DNA of 64,000 nt from Bigelowiella natans CCMP2755 (GCA_000320545.1 ADNK01003263.1:17748-81747); one strand, 5' to 3'. Shown: positions 1-15,053, counted from the stretch's first letter. A program made the numbers and translations. The notes: generated from the letters alone by a model not told the origin.

Positions 1-19
1 TTAATGGCTGCACGAGAAA

Positions 20-108
20 ATGAAAGACGCGTATGGGGGGTATAGAAACAAAAGCCGCCTTCTTTCATGCATGCAAACTATTTACTCAGTAGCAGTATTA
101 GTAGTATA

Positions 109-147
<39 letters not shown>

Positions 148-227
148 CATCTTCTCACTATTACTTTATGCTCATGAAGGAGGAGAAGGTAAGAGGAGAC
201 TATCTGACAACAAACAAACGATGATGT

Positions 228-260
<33 letters not shown>

Positions 261-1462
261 TACACTACTCCGATTGTGATAATAATTATTATGCGTTGTT
301 GTTGTTGTTGTTGTTGTTGTTGATATCGTTGCATGTACTACTATTCCGATGATCATAGGTGGCAGCGTTGACAATCCATGCTGTGCTTAAGCGGGTGCAT
401 CTTGGTGTACTATTGAAAGGAGGAGGAGGAGGAGGAGGAGGAGGAGGAGGAGGAGCAAAGGGTGATGATGATGATGATGATGATCACCATTTCAGTCATC
501 TCGATATACAAGCTCGAAAGCGGCGTAAAGCCACAAACCGCCGAAAAGCAAGAAGAAGAATGGGAAGAAGCTCAACGAGAGCAGCTCTTCCATCTTTATT
601 GTCTTCTTCTTCAGCAGCAGCAGCAGCAGCAAGTATGAACGACGTGATGGTTATCGATGATCATAGTAACCATAGCAGCACACAGAAGAATAAGAAGAAA
701 AAGAAGAAGAAGAATGATGATGATGATAATGATGACCACAAACGACGTTGCATTATTACCAATTCTTCAAAACGTCGCAAAGTAGATAAGGAGGAGGAGG
801 AGGAGGAGGGTGGAGGAGAGGGAGGTGGAACTATGATGATGCCAGCACAAAGGATCATCACCGCTGGTAGTTCTACAGCAAAACAACAGCAACATGCATG
901 GGAACAAGCCTGGGCTCATGAGCTTCTTGCGGGTAATTCATTATTCTATTAATTAAAATTTGATACTAATTAAATGAATGCTGGTATAATATTTGAGAAA
1001 AAGAAAAGAACAAGTGTGTTTGTACGTTTGGTTACTCTTTTTTGCTGGGATGTACCATTATTATTGATGCAAATGATAGTAATATTGATGATGATGATGA
1101 TGATGACGACGACGACGACGACACCGATAATGAAAGGCATGGTCAATGGCGGAGCGGGGGTCAGAGAAAAGATCGCCAACGATATCGTGGTCGAATAATT
1201 AATAATAAATAATAATAACAACAATAATAATAACAATAACAATTATAACTAATAACGAATTCTGCAATGATTGATCATCTACTCCTCGAGTAATGCTAGT
1301 AGCGATGTTCTCTCTCTCTCTCTCTCTCCCTCTCTCTTTCTTCTTCGTCGTGTGGACAAAAGCATATAATGTATGCATCCAACGCGGTCCTGATAATATA
1401 TATTACTAACAGACGTGGTACTCATTAGTAGGAGTACTAATCGTATGGTATATATTGTTATC

Positions 1463-1493
<31 letters not shown>

Positions 1494-1679
1494 ATTCTGT
1501 CAGTAATAATATGTATCATTCATTCATTCATTCGTTCTTATTTCGTCAGGGCCACATCATGCAAAAATGGGATGAAAGTGCTGTTGATATATTGCTGCGA
1601 GAGCTCACAAAAATGGAAAAAGATGAGAGAGAGCACATGGGAAAACGTGATGATGATCATGATGATGATGATAATTACG

Positions 1680-1713
<34 letters not shown>

Positions 1714-2083
1714 CGATCCATTATTTCGAACACGTATGGTTCTAATGTCTATTGCAAGGGCCAAGGGTAGCAGCAGGGCATATACCCTCACTTCACAATC
1801 AGAAGGAGGAGGAGGAGGAGGAACGAGAGAATCATTCTTTGTCATCAATGAAAGAATGTATCTGAGCGCGCTTTCTAGCCTGGACTCACAGGTACTATTA
1901 GATGTTATTATTGTTAGTTGTTATAATTCTAATATGCTGCTCTATTAGTGTTAAAGTCTTAAAATGCTGCTGTTGCTGCTGCCTAATTTCAACCTGCAGC
2001 ACAATGGAGGGAATGTGATACATTGGCGCACAAACTACAATTTTGATGTTTTTGTTATTCTCCTCCTCATTTATTTTTGTTGT

Positions 2084-2117
<34 letters not shown>

Positions 2118-2139
2118 GGTGGTGGTGCTTCTTCTTCTT

Positions 2140-2170
<31 letters not shown>

Positions 2171-4562
2171 GGTACGGATGGAGGCCTTGAAGTTGCTCTG
2201 CACATGCAAGAAGCTATCCACTCCAATATCCTCATTGGAAGCAATGGCTTTCCAATATGTATTACCTGTAATAATCAAATCTTCCAACCCATCAGAACGG
2301 CACAAGGTGGTGCATTTAATCGTGAGATTCATTCAAAGGATGCTGCTACTCGTCTCACGTCACCGTGGGATATTATCATCATCATCATCATCACCACCAC
2401 CACCATCATCATCATCACCACTGCCGTCAGCGGAAAGATCTCGCAAGTTATTGATATGGTTGGAGAGCTTTCTCATCGAGAACATGTATCCCGGCGCGCC
2501 GATCGAGCGACAAGGCAATTCACTATTTTATCCTGGAATTTAGACCTGAATTAATTAAAAATTAAACAGTGATGAAAGTAAAATACTTTCTCTTCCGTTG
2601 GTTGTAGATCAACAAAACGGAAGAAGAAAGAAGCTCCCATGATGGCAAAATTTCTAAACAATTTCTTAGTTTGATTCGTAATGTAATTAGTGCTTGTGAG
2701 CCTCAACAAACACCATCGATCCTTCTTCTTCTTCTACTTCTTCTTCTTCTCCTTCGTGGTCGTTGTCGTCGTGTTGTCTATTATGCGCAATTTCTACCTC
2801 CTCCTCCTCATCCTCGTATATTTCTTTTTCGTTGTACTCTCCTCATGTGTAAATAGTGCTGTTTTTTCTTCCTTCCAGACGTGGCAGCATTTCTTAAATA
2901 AATAAAAAATATAATAGTAGTAATAATAGCAATGAATAAAAGTAGTGTTTTGTTCTTCCAACGACGATTGGAACATATGAGGAAGAATAAAAAATAGAGT
3001 ACCTAACTAGTATTAGGGTTGCTGCTCTTATAATTAAGCTGCTGATTTTCACAATATACTACTACTTTCGTTATTCATTACAGCACACATACAGAATAAT
3101 TGAGTGATTGTTGATAAATTAATAAATACTTAATTAAAATTAATGATAGGATGTGCCATCGAGATCTATGCGGCATATCTGTTTGCTATTTCTGCCTCCT
3201 CCTCCTCCTCTTCCTCTCCTGTTTCGAACAAAGCTGCTAAAAATCGTAAGAGGACCAAGAAAAAGAACAACAAGAATAAGAATAATAATACTAGCAACAG
3301 CAGCAATATGCCCAACAGAGAGGCGGGAGGGAAGAAAGGAGGGCAAGACAAAAATGACACTTGTGATCATGGTGGTGAGTACAACAAATCACAACTCTAA
3401 CTACCATTACTACCACTACTACTACTACTACAACTACTACTACTAAAATGACACTTGTGGTGCAAAAAACAACAACAACTACTCTAACTACCATACTACT
3501 ACTTCTACTACTACTTCAGCATTGCCAGGAGGACAAACAGGAGCATCGTCTCTTCTTCCTCCGTATGAGCAACAGCGACAACAAACTCATGATCAAGAGC
3601 AGCAGCATAATAATAATAAGCGTCGCCGTCTTCTTCGTGGTCTTTTCTCTTGCCTCGTGTCCAAATGGGAAAAATCTCAGGCAATCGCGTACGTAATCAT
3701 CATCATCTTCTTCTTCTTCTTCTTTGACAACACAGTATTCTGATAAGTTAGCTAGTCGTCACTCATGTTTACTTATTACACCACACGATGAAGATGATCA
3801 TCATTTAAAGGTACAGTGCACTTCTTACCGTCATAGAGGTTTCCGGAGATGGTATTTCAAACAACCAAAGTGGTAGTAGTAGTAGTAGTAGTAGTAGTAG
3901 TCCACGATTTGCAGTAGCAGCAGCAGCACTGCAGCAGCAACTTCAACAACCGTTAAAAGGAGATATGCTAATGAAGTGGGGAATGCAGCTATCAGATATG
4001 GGACTACGACCTAAGGAGGTAGTAGTAGTAGTAATAGTAGTAGTAGCTATATATATATGATGATGATGATGATGATGATCATGATGATAATGCTGTTGAA
4101 GGAGGAAAAGAACAAGAAAACAAATATGATGATGAGTCAGGAACATGATAATGTTAAATAACTATGATTTCGCAAACTACTTACTAGCACTATCTTTGCT
4201 GCCTTCTTCTCCTCTTCCTCCTCCTCAAACAAATACTTTCTACTTACTGCTGAAGGCACATGGATCTTCTTTACTGTTTCGTCTTGTAGCCAATGCCTTT
4301 GTGCGGCGCACACCCTTCCCTCTCCTCTCTCTCTATACTTTTCGCTCGGAACTTAAACAAGAGAGGGACGGCGTGGCAACCAGAACAACAATGAAAGAAA
4401 AAGAAGAAGAGAAGGACAAAATACGGTTATTCACAGCGACAATGTACTGGCTCAACGGTATTGATTATTGATTGATTGGTTGATTGATTGATTGATTGAT
4501 TGATTGATCGATCGATGCTACTCATTGATTTATTTTGTCGCACTGCAGTGTAGTCAGCACGC

Positions 4563-4594
<32 letters not shown>

Positions 4595-5989
4595 TCACGT
4601 AGTCATCATGATCTCACAGTGCTACAAATACTACTACTACTAGTAGTAGTAGTAGTAGTCGGCATTTGTCATCTGCTGCTCTAGCTGCTGCTGCTGCTGC
4701 TTCTACTACTACTTCTACTACTATTATTCCTTTTACTTTGTTCCCCTTTTCTTTATGAGATATCACTCATTCTTTTTTTCCCTTACTACAAGGCCTCCTA
4801 AAGTCCTTGCATGATAAAGTGAAATTGCTTGAAGAAACACCCTTTTCTATGAGATATGTGGGGGGAGAAGGTGTTGTTTTTGTTGTTGTTCTTCTTTTTC
4901 CTCTTTTTCCTCTTTTGTGATCTGTATCTATGATGTTGTGTACTACTGCTACTACTACTACTTTAGACTGATGATAGGGTAGTAGTAGAAGAATGGACTC
5001 AGTAGTTGGTTGTTGTGTAACGTTACTGATTTAATATGATACTATTTATTCATTGTGGAGTGTACTACTAGTACTGATTTATCGAAGCGTTCTCTTTAGT
5101 GAATCCATCGATCGATCATCTTCTTTGTTTACCTAACTAGTATCACCGTGATGATTACTACTTTTATTACTATTAGGAAGAGGTGCGGTAGCATCTGGTG
5201 TAACATCGTTACTCCTTACCACTCGTTTCGCTATCAGAGACTTCTTCGGTTTTCTTCCATCATGGATGCCCGCTGCTGTGCGGAATGGAAAATCTGTTCT
5301 TGCAAAATGGGTAGAAAGTATTGTTGAAGTACTTTTGAGATTGGGAAAAACAGCACTGGCATTACACAAAGCAAAGATTGTGTGTGCAGGAGCCGGTAAT
5401 AGTAGTAGTAGTCATCCGATAGAAGTAATAATATTATGTTGGTGCAAATTATTCGTGTACTTTATAAAATGAAGAAGAGAAACATCCTGTTATATAGAAG
5501 CACACTAATCTCTCTCTCTCTCTCTCTCTCTCCCCCCCCCCCCTCTCTGCATCTAAAAATACTAAAGCAACAAAAATAAATACAAATATAGGGAGTGGTG
5601 GATTAAGAGATGACAGTGGCCAAAGGAAGGATAGGCATGGTGGCAATGACGACAACAACGACGATGATGATGATGATGATGATAATGGATATGCTGTTGA
5701 TTGCCGTGGACACATCATCATCAAGCGAGGCGGGAGAGGAGAGGACGATGATGGAAACAACAAAGATAGAATGATGACCAATGATAGCGAAATAGCACAA
5801 ATGGCGGTTGTTGGAAGTTGGCACTGCTTGAAAGAGGTAGTGGTAGCACTAGTAGTAGAAGTAGTAGTAATAGTAGTAGAAGTAGTAGGAATAGTAGTAG
5901 TAGCAGTAGCAGTAGTAGCAGCAGTTGTAGCAGTTGTAAGTCACTAAATCTAAATAATATATATATTTTATCTATATATATATATTTTA

Positions 5990-6029
<40 letters not shown>

Positions 6030-6606
6030 CATTTATATATATTACACTGTATTGTTATTATTAATTTTATTATTAAGGTCTCCCTCGCTCTTGCTGATCT
6101 TGCAGCCCACCTCTCAATTGGTGATGCTGATGCTGATGCTGATGCTGATGCTGATGCTGATGCTGATGCTCATCGTAGTAGCAATCAACCCGCATGGCTG
6201 TTAAGCGTGAAATCTCTAGAAAAAGCTGGTAACTTCCTAGTTATGGGGCTGGTTCGCTCCGTGCATAACGGCGCTCTTGAGGCGCTCTCTGCAGGTCTCC
6301 AGGGAATCTCCACAGCTCTCCTTCATCCCACCTCACCCCCAAGAGCAAGGGCGCTACCAGCAAAATGGGTGAAATCGCTCCTCCATCGACTTAGTAGTGG
6401 AGGTGTGTAAGTAATATTATAGTAATGAGAATGATAATGATGAGGTGGGAGAATCATACTAAAAGTAATGGCAGTAAAACAACTATCTTTACATCTTCTT
6501 CGTCTTCTTCTTCTTCTCACAACTTAAGAGCTACTACTATTCCACAGAAGAAGAAGAAGAAGAAGAAGAAGATGATGATGATGAAGAAGAATATTAAGAT
6601 GATACA

Positions 6607-6646
<40 letters not shown>

Positions 6647-7442
6647 GCTTTTTTCCTCTTCGTTTCTCTGATTAATGTTTGGTTTTGGATATTTGTTCTC
6701 CAAGGGGATTCTTTACGATGGCTACGTCGTTCAACAGGAGCAGCAGCGTGCATTGGTGCTCTGCTAAATGCGGAAGCAATCTCCAAAACCACAGCACCAT
6801 CATCATCAGCATCATCAGCATCATCGGCAGCAGCAGCAAAGGGCGGTACTGTTCCTTCCATCATCACTACATCCTCTTCTTCTCCTTCTACCTCCTCCGG
6901 TGTACGAGGGGGTGGCATACTGTTGAACTATACGCTAGCTTTATTGCTGAAGCTCGCTTCTAGGGAGGAGGAGGAGGAGGAGGAGGAGGAGGAGAACCAA
7001 AAAGGGAATAGTAGTGTTAGTGTTTGGAAGATGACTGTTGGCTCTCTGAACTTGCTACGTCCGTTGTTTCGTCAGGTTGTAGTTGCAGTAGTAGTGCTTG
7101 TAATACACACTAAAAAGTACAAGTAGTACCGTCGGTTGGTAGGTGGAGAAGGAGGAGGACCTAGTTAGTTCTTTGTTTCCTTGCCCTCATATTCCTTATC
7201 TTTTCTTTCGATCAAGCAGATGATTTCTTTCTTTAATGACGATCTTCTGCTTGATCATGTTCATCATCTTTCACGAACTTCCATCATTATCACCTGTCAT
7301 ATATATATATATATATATATATGATGATTCTTGAGTGCCTGATGGGGATATTATATGTTGTATTATAAGGCATTACTTGCTGAGGGAACATCGTCGCATG
7401 TTCAGGCAGCGTTGAAGGTGGGTTCTGATCCAAATAAGATGA

Positions 7443-7473
<31 letters not shown>

Positions 7474-7489
7474 GTGGCAAGAAGTTGAA

Positions 7490-7523
<34 letters not shown>

Positions 7524-7682
7524 TGGCGCTAATCCATTAGCACTATTAGCAAGGATGACGATGTTATCATCAACAGGTTGTCTTGCAGCATTTCAGCCAT
7601 GGTGTTTGGGCCGTAAGGAACTCTGCTCTCGTTGCATTTGCTGCAATCGCACCACGCGCAGTGAGGCAGGTATAGTACTGGA

Positions 7683-7716
<34 letters not shown>

Positions 7717-7775
7717 TGTTGCTGCGTTGTTTAATTACTTTGCTTATCTATTATTATTATTATTTGAACAATCCT

Positions 7776-7807
<32 letters not shown>

Positions 7808-10800
7808 TTCCTACTCACCAAGCCACTTCTTCGATGTCTCCTTATCCTTTTCCTCCTCCTTCTTCTTCTCCTCTTTTGACACTATCTTTCTATCTAAATC
7901 ATCTTCTGTGTGTGCTTCCTTCCTAATAGGTTGCGGGGGGACGTGGAGGAGGCACAGCAGAAAAGAAAAAGGGAGGATCAGACAATGTCAAACTACTGCT
8001 GGATACAGCTGGGGCGTTTTTCCGGAGATTTCCGGAGACTCGATCATTAATGTTTCAGTACCTGTTTGAAGCAACAAAGGGAGTAGCATTGATGTTTTAT
8101 CGTCGTCGTAGCAGCAGCAGCAGCATCATGATTCGTGTAGATGATAATACTGCTACTACAAGAAGATGTTCTTCCTCCTTCTCAGATGCATTCGCAAACT
8201 ACAGCGCCGTTCCCCACATCGATATCATTAAACAGCAGCAACAGCATCATTCCCAATTAAAAGAGGAGAAGAAAAAGGAGGAGGGGGAGGATGATGATGA
8301 TGATGAGGGGGAGGGAGACCTGCATCCTCAACTGTTTCCGGTAGAATAACAACCACTACTCGATATTGTAATCGTGATAACTTTCAACAACAACAACAAC
8401 AACAACAACAACAGTAGCAGCAGCAACGACGACAACAATGACGACAACCCACTCTCTCATCATCTATCTTATTATATCGGAATATCAATTGAAAAAGAAG
8501 AAGAAGAAGAAAAGTATTTTTTGAATCATATTTAAATTCCATCATATGTGACTCCTCCTCTTCCTCCTTCTCCCTCCTCCCCTCCTCCTCTTCCTTACTC
8601 TCATACTACTACTACTACTACTACTACAACAACAACAACAAAGGTGCTTGTTCTCTTGTCAAGGCTCAATGGAGAGTCCCTCGAGAGTCTTCGATCAGTG
8701 GCAGATTTCCTTCCCTTGCTGAGGTTATGTGCTGGGTTGCGTTTCCACATGATGCGGTTCATGGCTGCGAAGGCACTCGCTCATCTTCTACCGATTTCTT
8801 CACTCAATGATTTCCTTCCAAAGCTCGTTGAAGAGTTGTTGCCCCTGCCACCTGCTGTTGCTGCTGCTGCTGCTGGAAAAACAACGATGACGTCCTCTTC
8901 TTCTTCCTCTTCCTCGTTGTCATTCACACACAACTATGTGCACGGGGTGCTGCTTCAGCTTCAGGCAATTGGACTACTGTTGTTGAAGAAGAGAGGGGCG
9001 AGGAGAGCAGCTGACGACGACAATTGTAATATATTCTAGGAAGAAGAAGAAGAAGAAGAAGAGAGAATCGAAAGAATGAGAAGAATTCAATCGACGGTAT
9101 TTCCTCTATGATACTCAATCTTATTTGCATGTTGCTGCAGTATAATTATTATTATTTGTTTCTCAAAGCATTATCATTGATGTAATATACGATTCATCTT
9201 CATTTCTCATCATAAGTTTTGTTCCCCCCCTTCTGTTCCTTTTCTCTCTTATTATTTTTCACCCCAACCACCACCATTTTGTTATTCCATTAGTACATGC
9301 AGTAGTCTTAGCCAAACTTCAACCCCGAGCAGTTTGGTTGTGTGACAAGGCTGTTATGACTTGCGCAAGTATCCGAGAGCTCACATTTAAAGTCATTCAA
9401 ATATTCCTAGAGGGTGCAGCACGAAGCCAAATCGCCACAGGATTTTATGGTGGTGGTTATGACGACGATAATCAACCTAAAGATGCTAATCATGGAGCAG
9501 CCGAGAAAAGACAACGACAACAACTACTGCAACACAAAAAGAGGAAACAAATGTTTCGATGGATTTTACAATGCGCCGTTATGGCGTTAGATTGTGATGA
9601 TCATTGTGATTATCTTCCGGGCTATGGCTATGATCGTCCAGCTGCAGCAAGCCTTGCAATCGATGCTGCCGTTTGCATAAAGTCTCGCAATGTCATTGAG
9701 CTTATTAAGATGTTATTCCGAGATAAGATGAAGGCCGTTAGAATCGCCGCACTCAAGAAGACACGGGCTCTGATAAAAGGAGGAGGAGGAGGAGGGGTTG
9801 GGTGGGCGAGAAAGAATAACAAGCACCACAATATAATGCTATCGATAGATGATAATGAAGAAAACTGCGAAGAAGAAGGATATTCAAGGGAAGGGATCAT
9901 TTCTAATTGCACTCTGTTTGCCCCCGACAGTGAGCAAGAAAAGAATGGTAATTGTAGTGATAGCAGCCTTAGCAATACTGGTGGTAATCCTGATCGAGAG
10001 AACATTCATACAGGACTAATAAGGGAGTCCTTCCAGCTGCTAAAGCGGTGTAGCACCAGTAAAGGTTTATTCATAATGATTGCAGAAATATATAAAGTGA
10101 GAACAAGTGAGAAGGGGAGACACACTACTAGCATCGTTTATCTTTTTATCTTGTTGCGAAGAAGAAGATGATGATAATAAGGCTCGTGTCATACTTCGTA
10201 AAACAAAATCCTTTGTGCATGGAATATGATTCCTTTGAGTTGTAGAAGTAGTACCAGAAGAAGTAAAATAGGAGGAAGAAGAAGAACTAAATCTATATAG
10301 TTAAGGGAATATCAGAATCGTCTCATTCTTTTAAAAAGATTATATCTGAACAACGGGTAGTCACCAGCAGCAACAGCAACAGTAGGCGATTTTGCAATCA
10401 GAAATTGTTGTGCTGGTCCCTTTCTTTCTTCCTTTCTTCCTTGATTCTTTGCTACTTCTTACTCTATGGTTTCTTCTTCTTCTTCTTCTTCCAACAGATT
10501 GTTACTCTGAAAAGAGCACTACTGCTCCAGAGGAGGAGGAGACGGCTTGCTTACAGCTACTGAATACTCTTTTAGAATCACAACAGCGCCAACACATAGT
10601 AAAAAGAGAAAGAGGAGGACAAGGAGAAGGAATAGGAGGGGGAGCACAACGAAAAGAACAAAGAAGAAAACGAGAAATGAAGAAGAGGGCTTCAACTCTA
10701 TGCCACAAGACACAACTTCATGGAGAAAAAAGACGCTATCAACGAGATGTTAAAAATGGTGTTGGTGATAGTGATGACGTCAATGATGAAGATGATGATG

Positions 10801-10963
10801 GCAAGGTTGGAAAATGTGCGAGTAGCTACAGCAATTATGATCTTCTTGCCCCTTTTCTTCCACTTGTTGTTTGCCTATTGAAGAGAATCTCACTCGTTCC
10901 AGATGCTAATCCAAAGGCAACATACTCTACCATTACCCTCTCAGCGCGCATCCTCACATCCTT

Positions 10964-10994
<31 letters not shown>

Positions 10995-12713
10995 GTAGCA
11001 GCAGCAGCAGCAGCAGCAGCAGCTGTATGGGAAGAGATGATTCAAACTGTTGCAATATGCGGTGCCCCAGCTCATCCAGACCTTACGAGGCGGGCTGCTG
11101 CTGTAGCCTCCTTGCTAGTTGTGATGGATTTCCTTGGAACTACTGCGTCTACTCAACGTAAGTTTCGCTTCGGAAGAAGCGGAGGAGAACAAGAAGAGAA
11201 GACCGAAGAAAGGACTGATTTGCTGCTGCTGAAACTATGGAAATCATTGATTCCTTTGCTGCAGGACGAAGATCCTGATACACGAATTATTGCAGCCAAA
11301 GCAGCGAGTGTAGCAATGAGGATGATGAGGAAAAAGAAGAAGAAATATGATCAGTATATGATGGAGTACAACGACAAGGGAGATGATGATGATGATAATG
11401 ATGACGATGCTGAGATAAATCAAAATGATAAAAGCAGTCGTAGCAATAACGATTTTGACTATGAGAGAGATAAAGCCGATGCCGTTGACTTTATGGAGGA
11501 GGAGGAGGAGGAGGAGAAAGAAGAAAGGGACAGCAGCGACATCAATGAATACACGGATCAAAAGTACCACCATGATCATTACCATCACCCTTCACTGATA
11601 CTGAAGATGGCGTTTTCGTATCTTGCAACATGGTACGATGGAGATCCAGACTTCGCTCTGTGGTTAGCGGAGAAAGTATTGGCTAAGAAACTCTCAAAGA
11701 CTACTCTCGATCACCTTGATAAGCAACGTGAAAGACTCTTTCCAGAGGAACGACCAAATATGTAATAATAGCGCCAATACTATCCCAATTAAACAATCGA
11801 GGAGAAGAAATGGGCAGAAGATGATGATAATGATGATGTTGATGATATCTTTGCCGATCCACGTCATTGCTTATGCACACAGAAAACACCGTATCATGCA
11901 CCTACAATTTGTGTGGAGAAGTTATTTGTGGAAACGAAATAAGCGTTCTTTACGAAATTCGTATCATTTAAGGATTTATCTAGGATCTTTCAATTTCAAT
12001 AATAGGTACCAAGAGAACGTGCTTGAAGTATCTTTGGCCTCTCAATGTCTTGCCCGAGTTGCTATGAATATGAGTGCTGCAGAAACTGACGTAAAGCAGC
12101 ATCAGCAGCATTCCCGTCAATATCTTCTGGACATCCTCACAGCTGCAAGAGATAGAGGCCGGGCTTGGCTAAGTATAAATGACTCCAATGAACTGATGCC
12201 TATTGTTATTATTTTTCATAGTAACATTATTAGTAACGCTAGTAATCGTAGCGGCTGTGCTGGTAACTATGCCAATAGCATTCATAATGGTGATTCGAAT
12301 GACGATTAAAAACTACTTCCTCACCACCCATGCCATCACTTCACTTTTTATGCATTCTCAAAGTATTCTTTTGATCTAAATACCCAGGAAAAAACGAAGC
12401 TGCTGCAAGAAGTTTCGGCAAAGAAAAAATAGAGAAATGCCACCCTACTGGCGACGTACTCTATCATGCAGATTTCTACGAGATCGCACATATCACCCTA
12501 CATGTTGCTGTGGTTTGCGAAGCGATTGAGAAGCGCACGAGTTTATTCAGAACCCCAACAGGTACTAAAATTATAGCAGCTATAGCACCTGAACAGAAAA
12601 CGAATAAGATAGAGGAAATTCGGGTAAGAGGGAATGCAGCAAAGGAATCTGCCCAAGTGCTGATACCAGTGCTCACGCTTGACTTCGACCTTCTGCGTGA
12701 AGGGTACTGCTGA
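20..12713 (+). CDS. THADA: THADA / Trm732 family (DUF2428, ARM-like tRNA 2'-O-methylation cofactor); multi-exon, 5' end unresolved and possibly upstream of the window
   Basis: Spliced segments match THADA motifs in order: AVDCRGH (~5690), MAVVGSWHCLKE (~5801), VRSVHNGALEALSAGL, LRRSTGAAACIGALLNAE, VVLQHFSHGVWAVRNSALVAF (~7577), FFRRFPE, HPQLFP-VLVLLSRL, MRFMAAKALAHLLP, HNYVHGVLLQL, LWKSLIPLLQDEDPDTR, RLFPEERPN-M-YQEN. Last intron 12173-12387 (GT..AG, phase 1) joins in frame to a terminal exon ending TGA at 12713. Most internal exon boundaries were not resolved. Confidence 0.85.
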
Positions 12714-12739
12714 TGAAGCGCATCGCGAGGCTCACTCTT

Positions 12740-14430
12740 CAAACAAATCTAGAAATAGCAGCAAATGTAGAAATGGCCTCGATGTTGTCAGCTTTGCTCG
12801 TTGCAAATGTCATTTTGCTCAAGCATTTCCCAGTGTTGATGATCAACATGCTAGCATGAGAATCATGAGTTCTGGTCTGTTGCTGTTGCACAAATTCTAG
12901 AATTCTTGCCAGTGACGACAAAAAACAGGGTGGAGGTGTAGTGGTCCGCACGGGTCTAGAGGTGTAGCTGCACTTGCGTGCGCAGGCTAGCAGGGCTACG
13001 TGTACGCATGCGTGGCAACCTAGCAACGGTGACCAGATTGAGTTGCGGGGGCACGCTGCTAGCAAAGTCTGTGTTGCTTGTCGGCTTGCAAATTGTGAGC
13101 ATTGCAGCAATGCATTTCGATCAACATCAAGACATTCCGGCGAGAGCTGAAATTTTGGACTTGTGGACACATTGATGACCTGCTAGCCTAGACGACACGC
13201 AGCTAGCTAGCTAGAGCTAGAGAGTTTGCATGTTGATCAGCTACTGAACCATGCTAGCATGCGGATCGAATGGGTCAGGTCTCGACAAGCAAAAGTGCAC
13301 ACGTGCATGTCCAGCTAGACATGTGCAATTGCAATGATTATGCATGCAATGCAATGTGCCGTTGTTGTTGCTGAGTTATCACGTGTCTCACGCACCGCTA
13401 GACCGCTAGACCGGTGCTAGCGGTGTGCTGAGCTAGCCATTGCTAGCTAGCTAGCCAGCTAGCTGTCAGTGAGATGCACCCACGTGTTGCTTGCATGCGT
13501 GCATCACTCATAAATTGGGCGTGAACGCTCCAAGCTAGCAAGCTAGCAAGGTGTCAAGCGAGACCGCTGTCACACCGCTTCAGAATGACTTCCACAGCTA
13601 GACAGCATGGCTAGATGGCTAGATGGGCATCGCAGACGTGGACACACCTGATGATCTCGCCTTGTGATCGATCAAAAGCCCTAGCCATAAGTGCGCGTCT
13701 GGACATGCCAGCATGCGTGTGCTCGATGTTTTCACGAAACCAAGCACAGGCACAGCTAGACAGCTGGACAGGCACGCACGAGTCAAGCGGAAATTTTGCT
13801 AGGTTGGTCATGCACCTTGTGAGACAATGACAATGACAACGACAATTGCAATGACAATGACTGGATGATGACAAACTGCACTTGTGAGACAATGACAATG
13901 ATGACAAACTGCACTGCCAAAGTGTTGCAAGCTAGCAAGACACTTGGCAGTCCAGCAGTGCACGAAACGCTGTTCAGCTGTGCCTCGAACTAGCCAGCTA
14001 GCTCTGCCAGTCTGGTGAGGACTGACTGGTGAAGACCAGCAGGATTTTGAAATTGGCACACTGGCCATTGTGGAGCAGTGTGACTAGCAGCAATGTGGTG
14101 GCGACGCAAAGCATCCACTCTGAGTGGGAACTTCCGAACAATGAGAACAATGATGAAAAACCACACTTCCAAAGTGTGACAAGACACTTGCAATGTGCGA
14201 AATGCAGTGCCTCGAACTGGCTTCAGTGAGGACTGACTGGCAAACTAGCGGGGTTCGTGCAAATTGGCACGAACTGAACATTGAATGCATCACAACTAGA
14301 GCTAGCAGCCAAATGACGACGACGCAAAGCATCCATCCTGAGCAGGAATCTGTCGCGGGTGGCCCACGACGACAACGGAAAATGAGCTGTTCGTGGTTTG
14401 GGTCCTGTTTTTATTGTCGCAATCACAAAA
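12740..14430. other. TpA-depleted island 1 with dense NNNN-CTAG-NNNN micro-insertions (decayed repeat DNA)
   Basis: Most remaining TA lies in CTAG, and CA/TG is abundant. About 20 CTAG/CTGG/CCAG/TCAG cores are flanked by 4-5 bp direct repeats, e.g. 12745, 12847, 12893, 12983, 13016, 13394, 13531, 13607, 13752. Confidence 0.85.
13896..14342. repeat. Diverged tandem duplication (~13896-14124 and ~14148-14342)
   Basis: Shared blocks CCAAAGTGT, CAAGACACTTG, GTGCCTCGAACT, GTGAGGACTGACTGG, AAATTGGCAC, CGACGCAAAGCATCCA. Copy 1 has five extra 8-bp insertions. Confidence 0.85.
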
Positions 14431-15053
14431 AAGTCTACAATTCATGCTTCTTGCTACATTCTAGTATTCTTTCGTTCAAGACCATTTCACGAGTTTTCAG
14501 GTCTGCGCTTCAATCAGTTGCATTCTTCTGTCACTTTCGTCCAAGTGTAAATAAGTGTCATTTTATACGTGTGACAAAGCAAAAAAGTAAAATTCATTAA
14601 ATATCCTATAGTGTTTTCTAAAATATGTGAAGCATTTTAGATCTGACAAGAGCTGGCGGACGACGGTGACGAAGCAGGTGAAAGAAGAGGGCTCTTTCTT
14701 TGCTCATATTTCTATGCATCATGCAACCCCTTCAGCTTTATCGTAGAAAACCCCCGGACATGTTTATTGTGCTGCACCTTTCTGAATATTCACCAAGATG
14801 AGTTTTTTTGTGTTGAGTTGGTTGACATTGAAAACGAAAAAATGAGGTCCTTACGATCTGCAACGATAGTCGTTTACTGAGTGTAAATCGTCCAGTTATC
14901 GGGTGATTCTTTTCAAACGAAAAGCCAAAAGATTAGGAAGGTTAAAATGACACTGCAATTATGATTTGGTATCTTTTCTCTCTTTCCTCTCTTGTCTTTT
15001 CGTAGGGATAATTACGTCAAGCACAGCATCTCCAAAACTCACATTGCTGAAAC

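Noticed and set aside
13380-13630. Short regularly spaced repeats suggestive of a CRISPR array or satellite
   Set aside because: The constant part is only 4 bp, there is no spacer architecture or cas gene, and the context is eukaryotic. TSD-flanked insertions explain it better.
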